DNA of 43,375 nt. Source: Chrysochromulina tobinii (taxonomy: Eukaryota). The stretch spans positions 1-43,375 of the forward strand of contig JWZX01002168.1 in the NCBI GenBank assembly GCA_001275005.1, read 5' to 3'. Below the pieces are notes generated by a model. That model had not been told where the DNA came from and did not search any database. It saw nothing but the letters and a program-made list of their open reading frames with translations. A program made the translations under genes and the position numbers. Positions 31,101-42,700 of the stretch are shown here, in pieces (positions within the stretch are counted from its first letter, which is position 1; each line of letters opens with the position of its first letter).

Positions 31101-34100
31101 GAGCTTCACGGCGAGCTTCGAGAGTGGCGCGAGTGTGAACGACTTGGAGAAGGGGAGTGCGTAGAGGCCTTCGCCGTGCGCGGTCGCCTTAGGGGTCGTC
31201 TCCTCGAGCTCGGCCACGCCGAGCATGTCGACGAGCAGCCGCACGCCATGGCGCGCGGCGGGCGGTGCTTTCTTGAGCTTGAGTTCCGTCACGTCGACGA
31301 AGAGTTGGTCCGAGTGCGCCGACTTGCCCATGGTGGCGAGTGCCGCGATCGCCTTGACGCCGACGGTGAGCTCGCCCACCACGACGCCGGCGCTATCGAC
31401 GATTGGGCGTGGCGTGGGCGGCAGGTCGGCGCCCTTGGCGACCAGATCATCCTCCAGATGCACACGCGCCACCTGATGAGGGGCGTCATCAGGAGGTCAT
31501 CAGAGGCAATCAGATGGCGACCAGATGGCAACCAGCATGCAATCAGAGGCGCACTCACCCCGAGCTCGGTGCATGCAATCAGAGGCGCACTCACCCCGAG
31601 CTCGGTGCATGCAATCAGAGGCGCACTCACCCCGAGCTCGGTGTGCTTCGACTTGTCCTTCGGGTCGACACCGAGCACGACGAACTGGATCTCGCCGTCG
31701 TCCTTCTCGGGCGACGCGAGCGCGTCGAGCAACGCCTGACGAAGCGGCGTCCAGGGGTCATCAGGGCTCATCAGGTGTCATCAGGGCTCATCAGGGCTCA
31801 TCAAAGGTCATCAGTGGCACTCGCCTGACGAAGCGGCGTCCCGTCGGGCTCATCAGGGCTCATCAGGGCTCATCAAAGGTCATCAAAGGTCATCAGTGGC
31901 ACTCGCCTGACGAAGCGGCGTCCCGTCGGAGACATCGTACGCCTCGACCAGCCGCAGCCCCGCGCGGCCAGAGCTCATCTTCTCCTCGGCGGCTCGCAGC
32001 TTGCCCGCGTCATTGCTGCCCGGCATATCGATCTCGATGCGCACGAGGGACGTCTTCGCAAGCTTGTCCTTGAGTCGGATCGCCGTCAGCGTCACCTGAT
32101 GAGGGGCGTCATCAGGAGGTCATCAGAGGCAATCAGATGGCAATCAGATGGCCATCAGATGGCCATCAGATGGCAATCAGCATGCAATCAGAGTCGGATC
32201 GCCGTAAACTGCACCACGATCCGCTGCGACGCGCCCGACGCTTCCTTTTTGCGCTTCTCCGCCTCCGCCACACGCGCCGTCGCGAGCTGCTCTTCGAGCT
32301 GCGCCATCGCCGTCAGCACCTTGCACGTGCACATGAGCGTGCCCACCATCGTCCCCTTGGCCGCCTCGAGTGCATCGGCCGACGCTGATGGCGCGCCGGT
32401 CGGCGGTGCCGCGAGCTCGAGGCTCTCGTTCACGAGGTCCTGATGAGGGGGGCAATCAAGAAGTCATCAGAGGTCATCAGGGAGTCGAGCAATTGGGCGA
32501 CGGTGCCCTGATGAGGGAGGCCATCAGAGGTGCACTCAGAGGTGCACTTAGAAATCAGAAGTGCAATCCACGGCAATCAGAAGTGCAAGGAGAGGTGCAC
32601 TCAGAAGTGCACTCGGAGGTGCAGCCAGGTGGGTGCCGGTAACGACTTGGGCAGGCACCTTATTCTCGTCCAGCAGCGCACCCATGTCCACCACGCCGAG
32701 CGCGAGGGGCGCCGTGCCGGGCGCGACGCCGCCCTTCTTGTCGGTCGCATGCAGCTCGAACCGAATGGTGCCCTCCCGCCCGTGGAGTACCTCGAGCGGT
32801 GTCGGCGGTTGCGCCGCCCTCGCAGGCGGCGCGTCGAGCGCGAGCAGCAGCGCGCGTGTCACCTCGCCCCCTGCGCTCACCTTGACGGAGTGGGTCAGGC
32901 TGAAGGTGCAGCTACCATCCACGCCAAGCGAACCTTCGGCCGAGAGCATCGTGATGATCAGTAAGTGGCAGTCAGTAGCAATCAGTAGCAATCAGTGGTA
33001 ACCAGTGGCAATCAGTGGCAATCACGTGACGAACCTTCGGCCGTCGCGAGCGGCTCGACGGTTGGCTGCCCGCCGAGCTTGACGAGCAGCTTCACCGGCG
33101 TCTTCTTCGCCGGCTTGGCGGAAGCGCTCGTGATCGTGGCGACCGTGGCGCCGACAGTGACCACTGCCTTGGCCGCCAGCTTGCTCGCGAGCGCCGAGAC
33201 GGGCGCTCGTCCGGCGCTGACGGCGAACGGCGTGAGAGCTGCGATCGCGCCCACGGTGCATGTGAGCTCACCGAGCTTGGCACCAATGACGCCGTCCACC
33301 GAGGTACCGATGATGGAGAGCGGGCCCGAGTGGTCCTTGCCCTCGGAGACGAGCTGCTCGAGCGAGCAGCGCGCCACGCCGATCTCACCCTCGGGCAGCT
33401 CGTTGCCCTTCTCATCGCAGGCGAGCACGACGAACTGCACCTCCGAATCCTCAATCTCGTCCGACTCGAGCGCCTTTGCAAACTGCGCCACGAGCGGGTT
33501 GCCCGCGGCCACAGCGAATTCCTTCTTGAAGGCCAAGGTCGCGCCGGAGGCTCGGCGCGGCAGAGTGATGAGCTCAGAGGCTTCCTGGGCCACGCCGAGC
33601 ATGTCGAGCTCGACGCGCAGCCGGGCGCCCTTCTCACCCAGGGAGCCCGCGGCGCGCGCCAAGACCTTATCGGCGAGCGTGAGCGATCCCATGCTCACCT
33701 GATGAGGGGCGTCATCAGGAGGTCATCAGATGCAATCAGATGACAATCAGATGGCAATCAGGTGAGCGATCCCATGCTCACCGTCACCGCCTCGGGCGTG
33801 CCCAGCGCCGTGCTGAGCGCGCCCGCGAGCGCGTCGTTCACGGCGTCGGCCCGGGGCGATGAGACTCCGTCTACCCCGGCCTCGCTCTCGGGGATCTCGT
33901 CAGATCGGATCTCGCCGCTCCTCTTTGAGGGGCTGAAGGCGCGAACCGCTTTCATCGACGCGCCGAGTCGGCGGCTCGGAGTCAGTGAGCTGTTGGGCTT
34001 CGCACTCTCGGGCTCCTTCTTCGTACTGCCGGGCGCCGCGCCTGCCTTCGAGGCCTCGGCTGCCTTGGCCGCCTTGCCGCTGAGCCCGACGCCCTTCCCC

Positions 34101-36221
34101 TCGTCCTCCTCGGTCTCGGGCGCGCGCCGACGGCGAGCCGCCTCGGCCGGCGCCGTCTTGGGCGCCTCCTCGGCCGGCTTGGGCGCCGTGGCGGGCGTTT
34201 TGGACGCGTTCTCGACCGCTTTGAGGGCCGCGATGGCGGTGATCATGCACGTGAGCTGGCCGACAGGCTCCTTCTCACCGGTGCGACGGATGGCCAGCGG
34301 GCCCGAGTGGTCCTTGCCATCGGAGACGAGCTGCTCGAGCGAGCAGCGCGCCACGCCGATCTCGCCCTCGGGCAGCTCCTTGCCCTTCTCATCGCAGGCG
34401 AGCACGACGAACTGCACCTCTGAATCCTCGGTTTCATCAGAATCGAGCGCCTCGAGATACCTAATTAGGGACATGGGGCGCTGTGGGGTGAGCGCTTGCA
34501 TGCAAGGAGACGCAGGCCATCAGTGGCAATCAACGTACGTGAGACGCAGCGCTGGTTGTGCGCGCGCGTGCATGCAAGTCAGGTCATCAACGGGCAGGTC
34601 ATCAGTGGCAATCAACGTACTTGAGCGCGAGCTTCGACTCCGGTCCGGCGAGGTAGTCTCTCTCAAACGAGAGTGGCGCACTCGCCTTCGCACCGAGCTT
34701 GCTCGGGGCCGTGCGCAGGTTCTCCTTGTCGGTAGCAAGCATATCAATCTCGACACGAATGTACGTCACCTTCTGCGGCTTGGCGTCGGCCGCGGCTCCT
34801 TTGCCCTTGTTCGCCGCCGGCAGCGTCGCGCCCGACTCGGCGAGTGTCACGGACGAGAGCGCGACGCGAACCGACGGAACGCCACTCAGAGCCGTGGCAG
34901 CCACGGCGGCGCCCTTGCCGCCACTCAGGCTCAGGATGCTCCTCTTCTTGCCGCCTTCGTCGGGCGCCGTGTCGTCTTCCTCGGCGTCGAGGCCGCGCAG
35001 CACCGCCAGGCACTCGACCGTGCACGTGAGCGTGCCGAGCGGCTGCGGATTCGTGTGGAGGCGGACATCAGAGCTCATCAGAGGCCGTCCTTAGAGGTCC
35101 TCAGAGGCAATCAGAGGTCATCTGAGGCCATCATCAGAGGTCCTCAGATGTCCTCAGAGGCCATCAGAGGCCATCAGAGGCCATCTGAGGCCAGCAGAAG
35201 GCCATCAGCGCACCTGCGGACTCTTGTCAAGGGAAAGGATCGGCAGCTCGCTCTCCTCATCCTCGACGTCGCGCAGCCCGTCGATCGACTTGCTCAGGTC
35301 CACCTCGGCCGTGCCCAGAGGCGTCGCCTTGCCCCCCTTCTTGACCGAATCCACGTAGATGCGCAGCTTCAGGCTCGACTGTCGTCGCGCCTTCATCAGC
35401 GCAGTGCAAAGCGCCGTGCCGGGCGGCACCGGCCACGTCGCGTCAAACTCCAGAGCCGCCACGCTGTCCGTGAGCGGGAGCGCCGGGCACGAGATGGGTT
35501 GGAGCAGCCCGGGCGGCACGCCCACCACCTCGCAGCGCAGCGCTGCGTATTCGACAGCCAGGGCCTTTGGGCTCTTGGCATCAAGAGCGAGCTCTGTCGC
35601 CTTGAGCACGAGCACCTGACGGCTCTTGGTAGCCTTGGCGGCGACGTCGGCGGCGGCGGCCTCCATCGCGTCGGCCTTGAGCGCCGTCATCGCAGCGAGC
35701 GAGTGCGTCGTGAGCGTGAGCTCTCCCACCTGGCTGCTCGCGGCATCCCGCACGGGCAGCGACTCCCCGTGCACCTCCTGCTTGTTGTGGAGGATCGTCT
35801 CGAGACGAAAGACGGCCGTGCCGAGGAGCGTCTCCTTGGCCGCAGCCGAATCTTTCTTCGCCGACGTGGTGGGTGCGTCCTCGTTCACGCCGTAGACGTT
35901 GATGAGCACCTCGCTATCCTCATCTTCATCGGTCAGCAGTGCGGCGATGAGCGCTTCGCGCACCGGGTTGTCGCTGCCACTCGAGCCGATTTCGTACTTG
36001 CAAAGCCAGTTGACCTTGGCCTCGCCAAGCTTGAGAACCACGGCCGCCGACCGCTTGAGCTCGTCCTCTTGCCCGGGCATGTCCAACTCGACGATCACCT
36101 TCTTGCCATCGTACCGCTGTGCGAGCTTGCTGGTGAGCGAGACGCTCACCACCGTGAGCTCGATTTTCGCGTCGGCCGGCGTGCGCGCGCCGAAGAGAGA
36201 GATGCGCGACACTGCTTTCAT
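25145..36221 (-). CDS. Giant ciliary transition-zone-like protein: ~12 tandem RPGRIP1/RPGRIP1L-C-terminal-type C2 domains plus a nephrocystin-1-like C-terminal region (~3,084 aa, 12 inferred introns)
   Basis: Recurrent module (V.IDM.G...AL.....EDSEVQF.V.....G.A...L..L.....D......G.L...V....AL). The C-terminus (RRAMRVAIL..FANT..LLLRS..LLLEL..GWGALPL..LEGGT..NLLP..FAPL) parallels NPHP1 as I recall it. Introns 35043-35213, 34461-34620, 33699-33781, 32934-33034, 32440-32658, 32096-32214, 31736-31906 (GC-AG), 31473-31630, 29709-29813, 28754-28847, 27982-28173 and 25508-25756 (GC-AG) give a 9,255-nt open frame. Confidence 0.75.
25508..25756 (-). repeat. Three tandem intron-like units, each starting CAG|GCGAGTGTCGTTAATTGCC
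   Basis: The + strand shows GAGGCAATTAACGACACTCGCCTGCTCG three times. Confidence 0.88.
27982..28173 (-). repeat. Intron with (CTGATTGCCA/CTGATGGCC)n array
   Basis: The + strand shows (CAATCAGTGG/CCATCAGAGG)n. G|GTGAG donor and CAG|GTGAG acceptor join ELG-EATLNL. Confidence 0.85.
31473..31906 (-). repeat. Two introns with donor-spanning tandem duplications
   Basis: A 36-nt unit CACCGAGCTCGGGGTGAGTGCGCCTCTGATTGCATG x3, and GACGCCGCTTCGTCAGGCG x3 with CTGATGAGCC/TTGATGACC arrays. Confidence 0.85.
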
Positions 36222-36709
36222 CTTGGCCGCTGCCTGGCTCTCGCGGCGGCAGCCGCGAGTGTGTCGAGTACTTCCACCGGTGCCTCTCCCTCCACTCACT
36301 GCTGATGATGAACGCAATCAAAAGTTTGCTTCTAAAGCAGGACCGCCATCTCGACCTCCTCGATGGTCTCAACGAGGGAGGATTCTGGCTCTGTGCTGTC
36401 TCTTAGTCTAACACTTAGTTAATTTGTGATGCCGTTGGCCGGTCATGCGCCAATGGCAATGTGCGCCTGTCATTCGCATGGTAGGATCCTTCGTGTGTGT
36501 CTGCGAGCGAGATGAAATCGGAGATACAGGCGGTGTCGCACACCGAAAATCGACGCCACACTCACCGCTCCACGCCACAGGCGTATGATACTTCATGACT
36601 TACTTTTAATCACGCATTACCGTACCATAAAGGTCGCGTCGTTCTGCACGCCTCAGAGTCCAGAAGCAGGCTTCGTTCTCGTCACTGACTCACACTCCGC
36701 TATGATGCG

Positions 36710-39700
36710 CTAAGCATACAAGTGTCCGTCTTCCACTTGGCCATCCCCGAGTGGCGGCTTCCTGGTGCCTTCGGCCGGGGAGCCGAAAAAGAATGTTGCC
36801 AAGGAGGTCCCCCAATTGGAGATGGAAGCATTGGTTGGCGACGCGGATGCGCCCGACTGTCTCAGAACATCAGCTCGAAGCAGCTTGGTCGAGGGGCTCG
36901 AAGCACGCAACTCGCCCTGTATGTGCTCGAGCTCGTCCACGATAAAAGGGAACGCAGGCCGTTGAACAGGATTGGTCTTGAGGCACCGGGTGGTAAGCGC
37001 GAGGATGCCAGGTGGGCAGCCGGCCACTTTGCGCAGCTGGTCGAGCGGGGTCGCTTGCCCATTGACAATAATCGCCATGAGCGCGCGCAAGTCTTCCTCC
37101 GGAGGCGTTCCAGCGGGCAGTCTCACATGGCTGTACGGTATGGATCGCGTCCCCATGTGTGCGAGCATGCATCCAAAGCTCCACACGTCCGTGGGCTTGG
37201 CTTTTGCGCCCGAGGTGAGCGCAATGGCCTCGGGAGCCATGTAAGGCGGCGTGCCCGCGGCCCCCTCCGCCTGCCCGGCGTACTTGGTGAGTGCGGTGCC
37301 AAAGTCAGCCACCTTGGCGACCCAATGCTCCGTGAGTAACACGTTGCCAGGCTTCAGGTCGCGATGGACCACGCCCATCGCATGCAGGTACGCCATGCCC
37401 TTGGCCACATCGAGGGCGACGTGGATGAGAGATGCCTCCCACGTGGCGAGCTGCTCGCGCTGCCGGTGGTGGTGCAGCACATCGAGCAACGAGGCGGGCA
37501 TGAGCTCCATCAGAATGCCCGTCTTCCCATCGTCGTCGTCGTGTGCGATGCCCATGGTGAGGAGCACATTGGGGTGGTGCAGGAGCATGGTGAGCTCGAA
37601 CTCGTTCTTTAGCTCTTGTAGGGCCGCCGGCGTGGTCGCCGCCCGTAGGCTCTTGATGGCGCATGGGGTCGAGTTCCACACGGCCACACGCACCTCGCCG
37701 AAGCTGCCCGCTCCGAGTCTCTCTTTCAGAGTCAGCTCTTTCCAGCTCAAGCGTTTGACCACGGTCATCGTACCTCCCGCCAGGCTCGACATCTCAGTGC
37801 CCTCTGGGATGGGCGCGGAGTGTTGATTGCCCGGCAGTGAGCCGAGTGTGCGCATGCGCGTGCGGCCGGGGCCCTCGATGGAGACCCTCTCGTTGATTAG
37901 ATCCTTGTGTGATCGCCGATTGTTGGTGGGATCGCGCACTGACGTGGGGTATTCGTGCGTGAGCTTGTCGGACGACGCAAACAACGGATCCTTGGTGACC
38001 TCGCGCAGGTCGCGCTGGGCAGCCGCCGACGCAGCCACCGCACTCGTTTCCGCCTCCGCCGTGCCCTTCACGTTAACGGCAGGAGCGGAGGCCTTGGCGA
38101 TGGTGGCTTGGGGGGCGGGTTTGGGATTGGGAGCCTTCGGTACGACCGTCAGTGTGGGCACAACGTGGACGGTGTGCGTTGGCTCGGACACGTGGAGGAT
38201 GGGGAACTTGTTCATCGGGAACAAGGGCGGCAAGGTCTCCTCGTGGGAGGTGAGCGGCCAACATGCCCATCCTCCTCGTGTCAACGAAGGCTCCTTGCGG
38301 TCTCGCGACCTGCGCGCCTCGCCCAGCTGTTCGGTGCGCGCGCGCACGAGGTCCTCCGTCCTGAGATTATGGAGCTCGGCGCGCTTCTGATCAAACTGAA
38401 CCGCGATAGAGTCCTCAAAGTCGGAGAGCAGCTGGACAACAACCTTCCGGTCGGCGTTCCCGGTGAAGAAGATCCGCTTCAAGCGCAGCTTCTTCTTGCA
38501 CTGGCGAAGGAGGTGCTCCGGCGACTGCACGACCACCACCTCACGCGGGGCGATGCGAAGCTTGCGGACGGGACGGCCAGCACCATCTTTCCACAACTTG
38601 GGCGCGATCACGCTCTCTGTGCACTCGACTCCATCGACTGCGAGGATGAGGTCGCCCGCGCGCAAGCCTGCTTTAAATGCCGGCGAGTTCGGATCCACGA
38701 CAACCACCTTGTTGGGTTCGAAGGTCGGAAAAAAGGTCGCACCAACCCTTTCGTTCGGGTTTTTCAATTGAAGGGTGAGGTCGATCACGTCGATATTGAT
38801 GAGCTTCGGACCGCTCGCCTCCGCCTGCTTAAGCTCGTCCGAAAGGTCCTCGCCGCTCTGCTTGAGCTGCGTGAGATGCGTGAGCACAATCGAGGCAGCG
38901 GACGTCTCAAAGGTCGGCCACCCTCGCGAGCCGTACGGCCGCAAGTTGTACATTGGGTACACCACGCGGGCCTTGCGACGAAGCGGGTAGCCGCGCACGT
39001 TCAGTAAGCGCGCGGCGCGTGCCGCCCTCTGGTCGTAGATACGCACCACAACCTCACCACCCCGCCCCTTCTTCTCGCAGGCCAGCACGCGGTCGCCCAA
39101 CTCCATCTGCAGCTCCTCGAGCGACTTGTCCTTGAGCGACTTGTCTTGAACGACGAAAACGGTCCCCGTGCGCTCAGAGACGAGCTCGCTCGGCGCGACG
39201 TCGTCACTACCGAGCTTGCCAGGCGGGTTCGTGAGCTGCAGCACACAGGTGCCTGTGGCCGACGCGTAGAGGCAGCCCATGACGGAGAGGCCGCGGCAAA
39301 ACTTGAGCTCATTCTCGAAGACGTGCTCGCCCATCAGCTGTGGCTCCTTGCCGCCGCACATGCCCACGAGCTTGGGATTGTGCCGTGCCTTCTCGGCGTC
39401 GCCCTCCTTGCGGAAGCGCACGAAGCCTTCGGCAGAGACTGCCTCGTCGAAGCGGTACACACCCCTGAGGTAACGTCCGTGGAAGAGCACACTGACGTGA
39501 TCGCTCAGGCCGAGGCTCTTAAAGTCCGCAATGGAGACGAGCTCCCACTTGTTTTCCTCGCACAGGGAGACGAGCTCGTCGACGCAAACCTGCGCCTCGT
39601 CCTCCGTGGCGACGCGCTCCAACTCAAACCTGAGCACTGTGAGCGGGCCCTGAAAGACCACCTCGGACCCGAAGCGCAGCGCGATCGCCCCCGGGGCGTG

Positions 39701-42700
39701 CCACGACGGCCATGCAAAGGGCTGCGGGATGCACGCAAAGTCCACGAAGAGACCGTAGTCGCCGCTTCTGCCCCTATCCACATTCAAGTAGCTGCGAATC
39801 TTTTCGAGGGTGCGGCCATCTGGGTCGTTCATGCCCGTGCGCCAGCAGTAGCTGAGGACGCGAACGCCGCGGTGCCCCTTTTCAAAAAGGACCACGGCAT
39901 CCTTGGGCTTAAGGAAAGCTTTTTCCGGCATGTCCTGGCAGCGTGGCAGAAAGTGCTTTCCCAAGACAATTTCGATGTCCTTGGCCCCAAGCTCAGCCAG
40001 CCTCTCCTTAACCGCCTCGGCCTTGCGGCGCAGGCCGACTGCGGTGAGCGGGGCGACTTCGTCAAACGTGCTGAGGTGGAAGGTGACCACAACTGTAGTC
40101 ATGTGCCCAGCGGACGACAAATTCTCGAGTTGTATCTCCGCCAGGGCAGCCACCTCCGGAGGAGAGGAAGGCGTCCACCGCCACCTCCTCCACCGCGGCC
40201 GCACTGGCGAGGCTGGCGAGGCCGTGACAGCAACTGTATCCGGATGGGAGCTCGGCAGAGTGCTTGACGCGGCCTTGGGTGGAGGTGGCGGGCCGTTCAA
40301 GGTGGCACGCCTCGGCATTGACCTGGCCAGGGGCGCGCTGCTCCGTGGTGCAAGCGCCATCGAGCTTTGAGAGGGCGAAGCATTCGTGCGCTCGCTCACG
40401 ACCGTCCGAATAGCGACGAGCTCTGCGGCGGCGAGGCGGTCGCGTTGTTCTTTTTGCTCTTGCTCAGCCAGCGAAGCAGAGATAGCGAGCGCCAGCTCGA
40501 GCTCTTCCTGCTCATGCCTCATCCTCGCGCCAGCTCGAGCTCTTCCGCCACCCTGTCGGTGACCACCCGCTCCGGCCAGCTCGAGCTGCACCTCCGCCAG
40601 GGCAGCCACCTCCGGAGGAGAGGGAGGCGGCGACAGCGAGGCTGCCGACGCCGCCTCCACCGTGATGCAGATGGACGAGGTCCCGCAGTGCGTTGCCAAC
40701 CGTCGAACCAGCGTGCTCCTCGGCTTGTTGGAAGCGACGCGTGCCACCACCTTGGTGACGCGCGGCAGCTGCTCATCCGAGTGCGCGGAGTCTAGCAGCC
40801 ACGCACAGTTGATGAGGCGCACCGCGCCGTCGCGGAGGGCGTCCACGATCGGCTGGTCGATGATCTGAGCCGCCTCCATTTTTCCTTCAAGCATCTGCAC
40901 CAGCCCGTGCTGCAGGTAATTTTGCTGGATATACCAACGCTCAAGCGCAATATTGATGCCGACGAAAAGCACCACTCCGACTACGGAGACGATGAGCAGC
41001 GCGCCAAGGCCCAGCTCGAACGCCAGCCGAATGGACCCGTCCTGCACCGTGCCGTCGCGCGTGAGTGCGCCGTACACGCAGGCGCCGACGATGGCCAGGA
41101 TGTCGACCGCGTAGAGGAAGGTCTCGAGCCAATGCTGCTGACGCATCTCGTACGGCTGACGCCAGGCCTGCAGCCACCAGAAGCCGCCTAGGACGGCGAT
41201 CGCAAGCGCGGCAAAGACGAAGCGTGCGGTCCGGAGCGCTTCGTACGGCGAGAACCACATCAAGCAGTCCATGGCGAAGGATACGAGGAAGAGGAGCCCC
41301 TGCCGCGCCCACACGACGAGCTGCCACTGCGAGCGGAGCGGCCACCGCGCACCTCCCAGGCCGTCGTCGCTCTCGTACCGCTCGGTCAGGTAGCGCACCG
41401 CCTCCGCCGCGCTGCGCGCCCGTTTCTGCAGCTGCACAGCCTCTGCCCTCGCCACCCTCGCCGCCCGAGTCACATCCCGTGTCACATCGTGGGGGTGTAG
41501 CCATCCGCTCACCTCCCCGTTGTCATAGGTGACCTTGTATGGGTTACTAGTCCTGTTGTCGGACGTGATCTTGCCTCGCCTGCCATTAACCATGACGTAT
41601 GCACCCATCTCAATGCGGCCGGTGGGCGCTGGAGCTGCCTTCGCCGCTGCCGCCTTCTCTTTTGCTGAAGCCGCGTTCTCCGCCATCATCCGGGCCTCGC
41701 GCAGCAGCCGGTGGAAGCGCCAGAGCAGGAAGAGCCAAAAGAGCCAGAGGAGCGGCGCCACGAGGCGGGCGATGATCAGCCGAGTCTGGTCCTCGTCGTA
41801 GCGCATGAAGAGGGTCACGCTCGCACGGAGGCCGAAAGTGAAGAGAAAGCTGAAGAGCATGCTCAGAACGTCTTCGGCCCACGCCTTACGCGCGCACCGC
41901 GCGACGAGCCAGGCGCCCACGAGCGGCATCAGCACGCCGGCGGTCTCCGCGTAGCTCAGCAGCGCCTTGAGCACCGGGTCGGTCAGGATGCACGGCAAAG
42001 GGATGTAGCCCATGAGCGGCAGGTTGATCCCCGCAAGGATCTGCTGGATGATGAGCGGCCAGCCAAGCTGCAAGCTGCCGATGATGGCGAGCGTCTGCAG
42101 GTGGCCCCAGAGGATCATGATCGAGGCGACGTGGGTCTTGGCGTGCTCTGGGTACTTGCGCACGAAGTACCTGAAGACGCCCACGAGCAGCACAAGGAGC
42201 AGCACGATGCCCGCCATGCCGCCGGCGATGCCGAAGATCTCGAGCGGCGTCGGGCAGCGCACGCAACCGAGGCCGTCGAGCTCCACCTCGTAGCGCTGGC
42301 CCTGGCGGTTGAAGGCGCTGCAGCCAATGGGCGGGACACCCGAGCACTGCTCCGCGCCGAGCGTCTGGCAGCGCTGCCAGATCCGGCTGATCGCAACGGC
42401 GGACTCGGCGGCCGTCGGGTCGTCAAAGGCGTTGTTGGCGAGGCGCAGCGGCGCCAGTGACCTGAGGCGATCAAGGAGCCACTCGGGCACGCGGCCGGAG
42501 ACGCCGCCCTCGTCGTCCCACGAGCGCGTCTGCGTCAGGTCGAGGTAGGTGAGGCGCGGCCAGCAGTCGGCGGCGGAGGGAAGGCTGCCAGTGAGCGCGT
42601 TGCCCGAGAGGTCGAGGTGCTGCAGAAAGGGCAGCTCGCAGATCGCGCTGTCGAGTGAGCCGATCAGGTTGTTGGACGGGAGCAGCACCTTGACGACGAC

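Noticed and set aside
33762..36305. 847-aa plus-strand ORF (also 28833..30329, 18772..19833, 37955..39007 and others)
   Set aside because: These are antisense shadows of high-GC3 minus-strand genes, with no recognisable domains.
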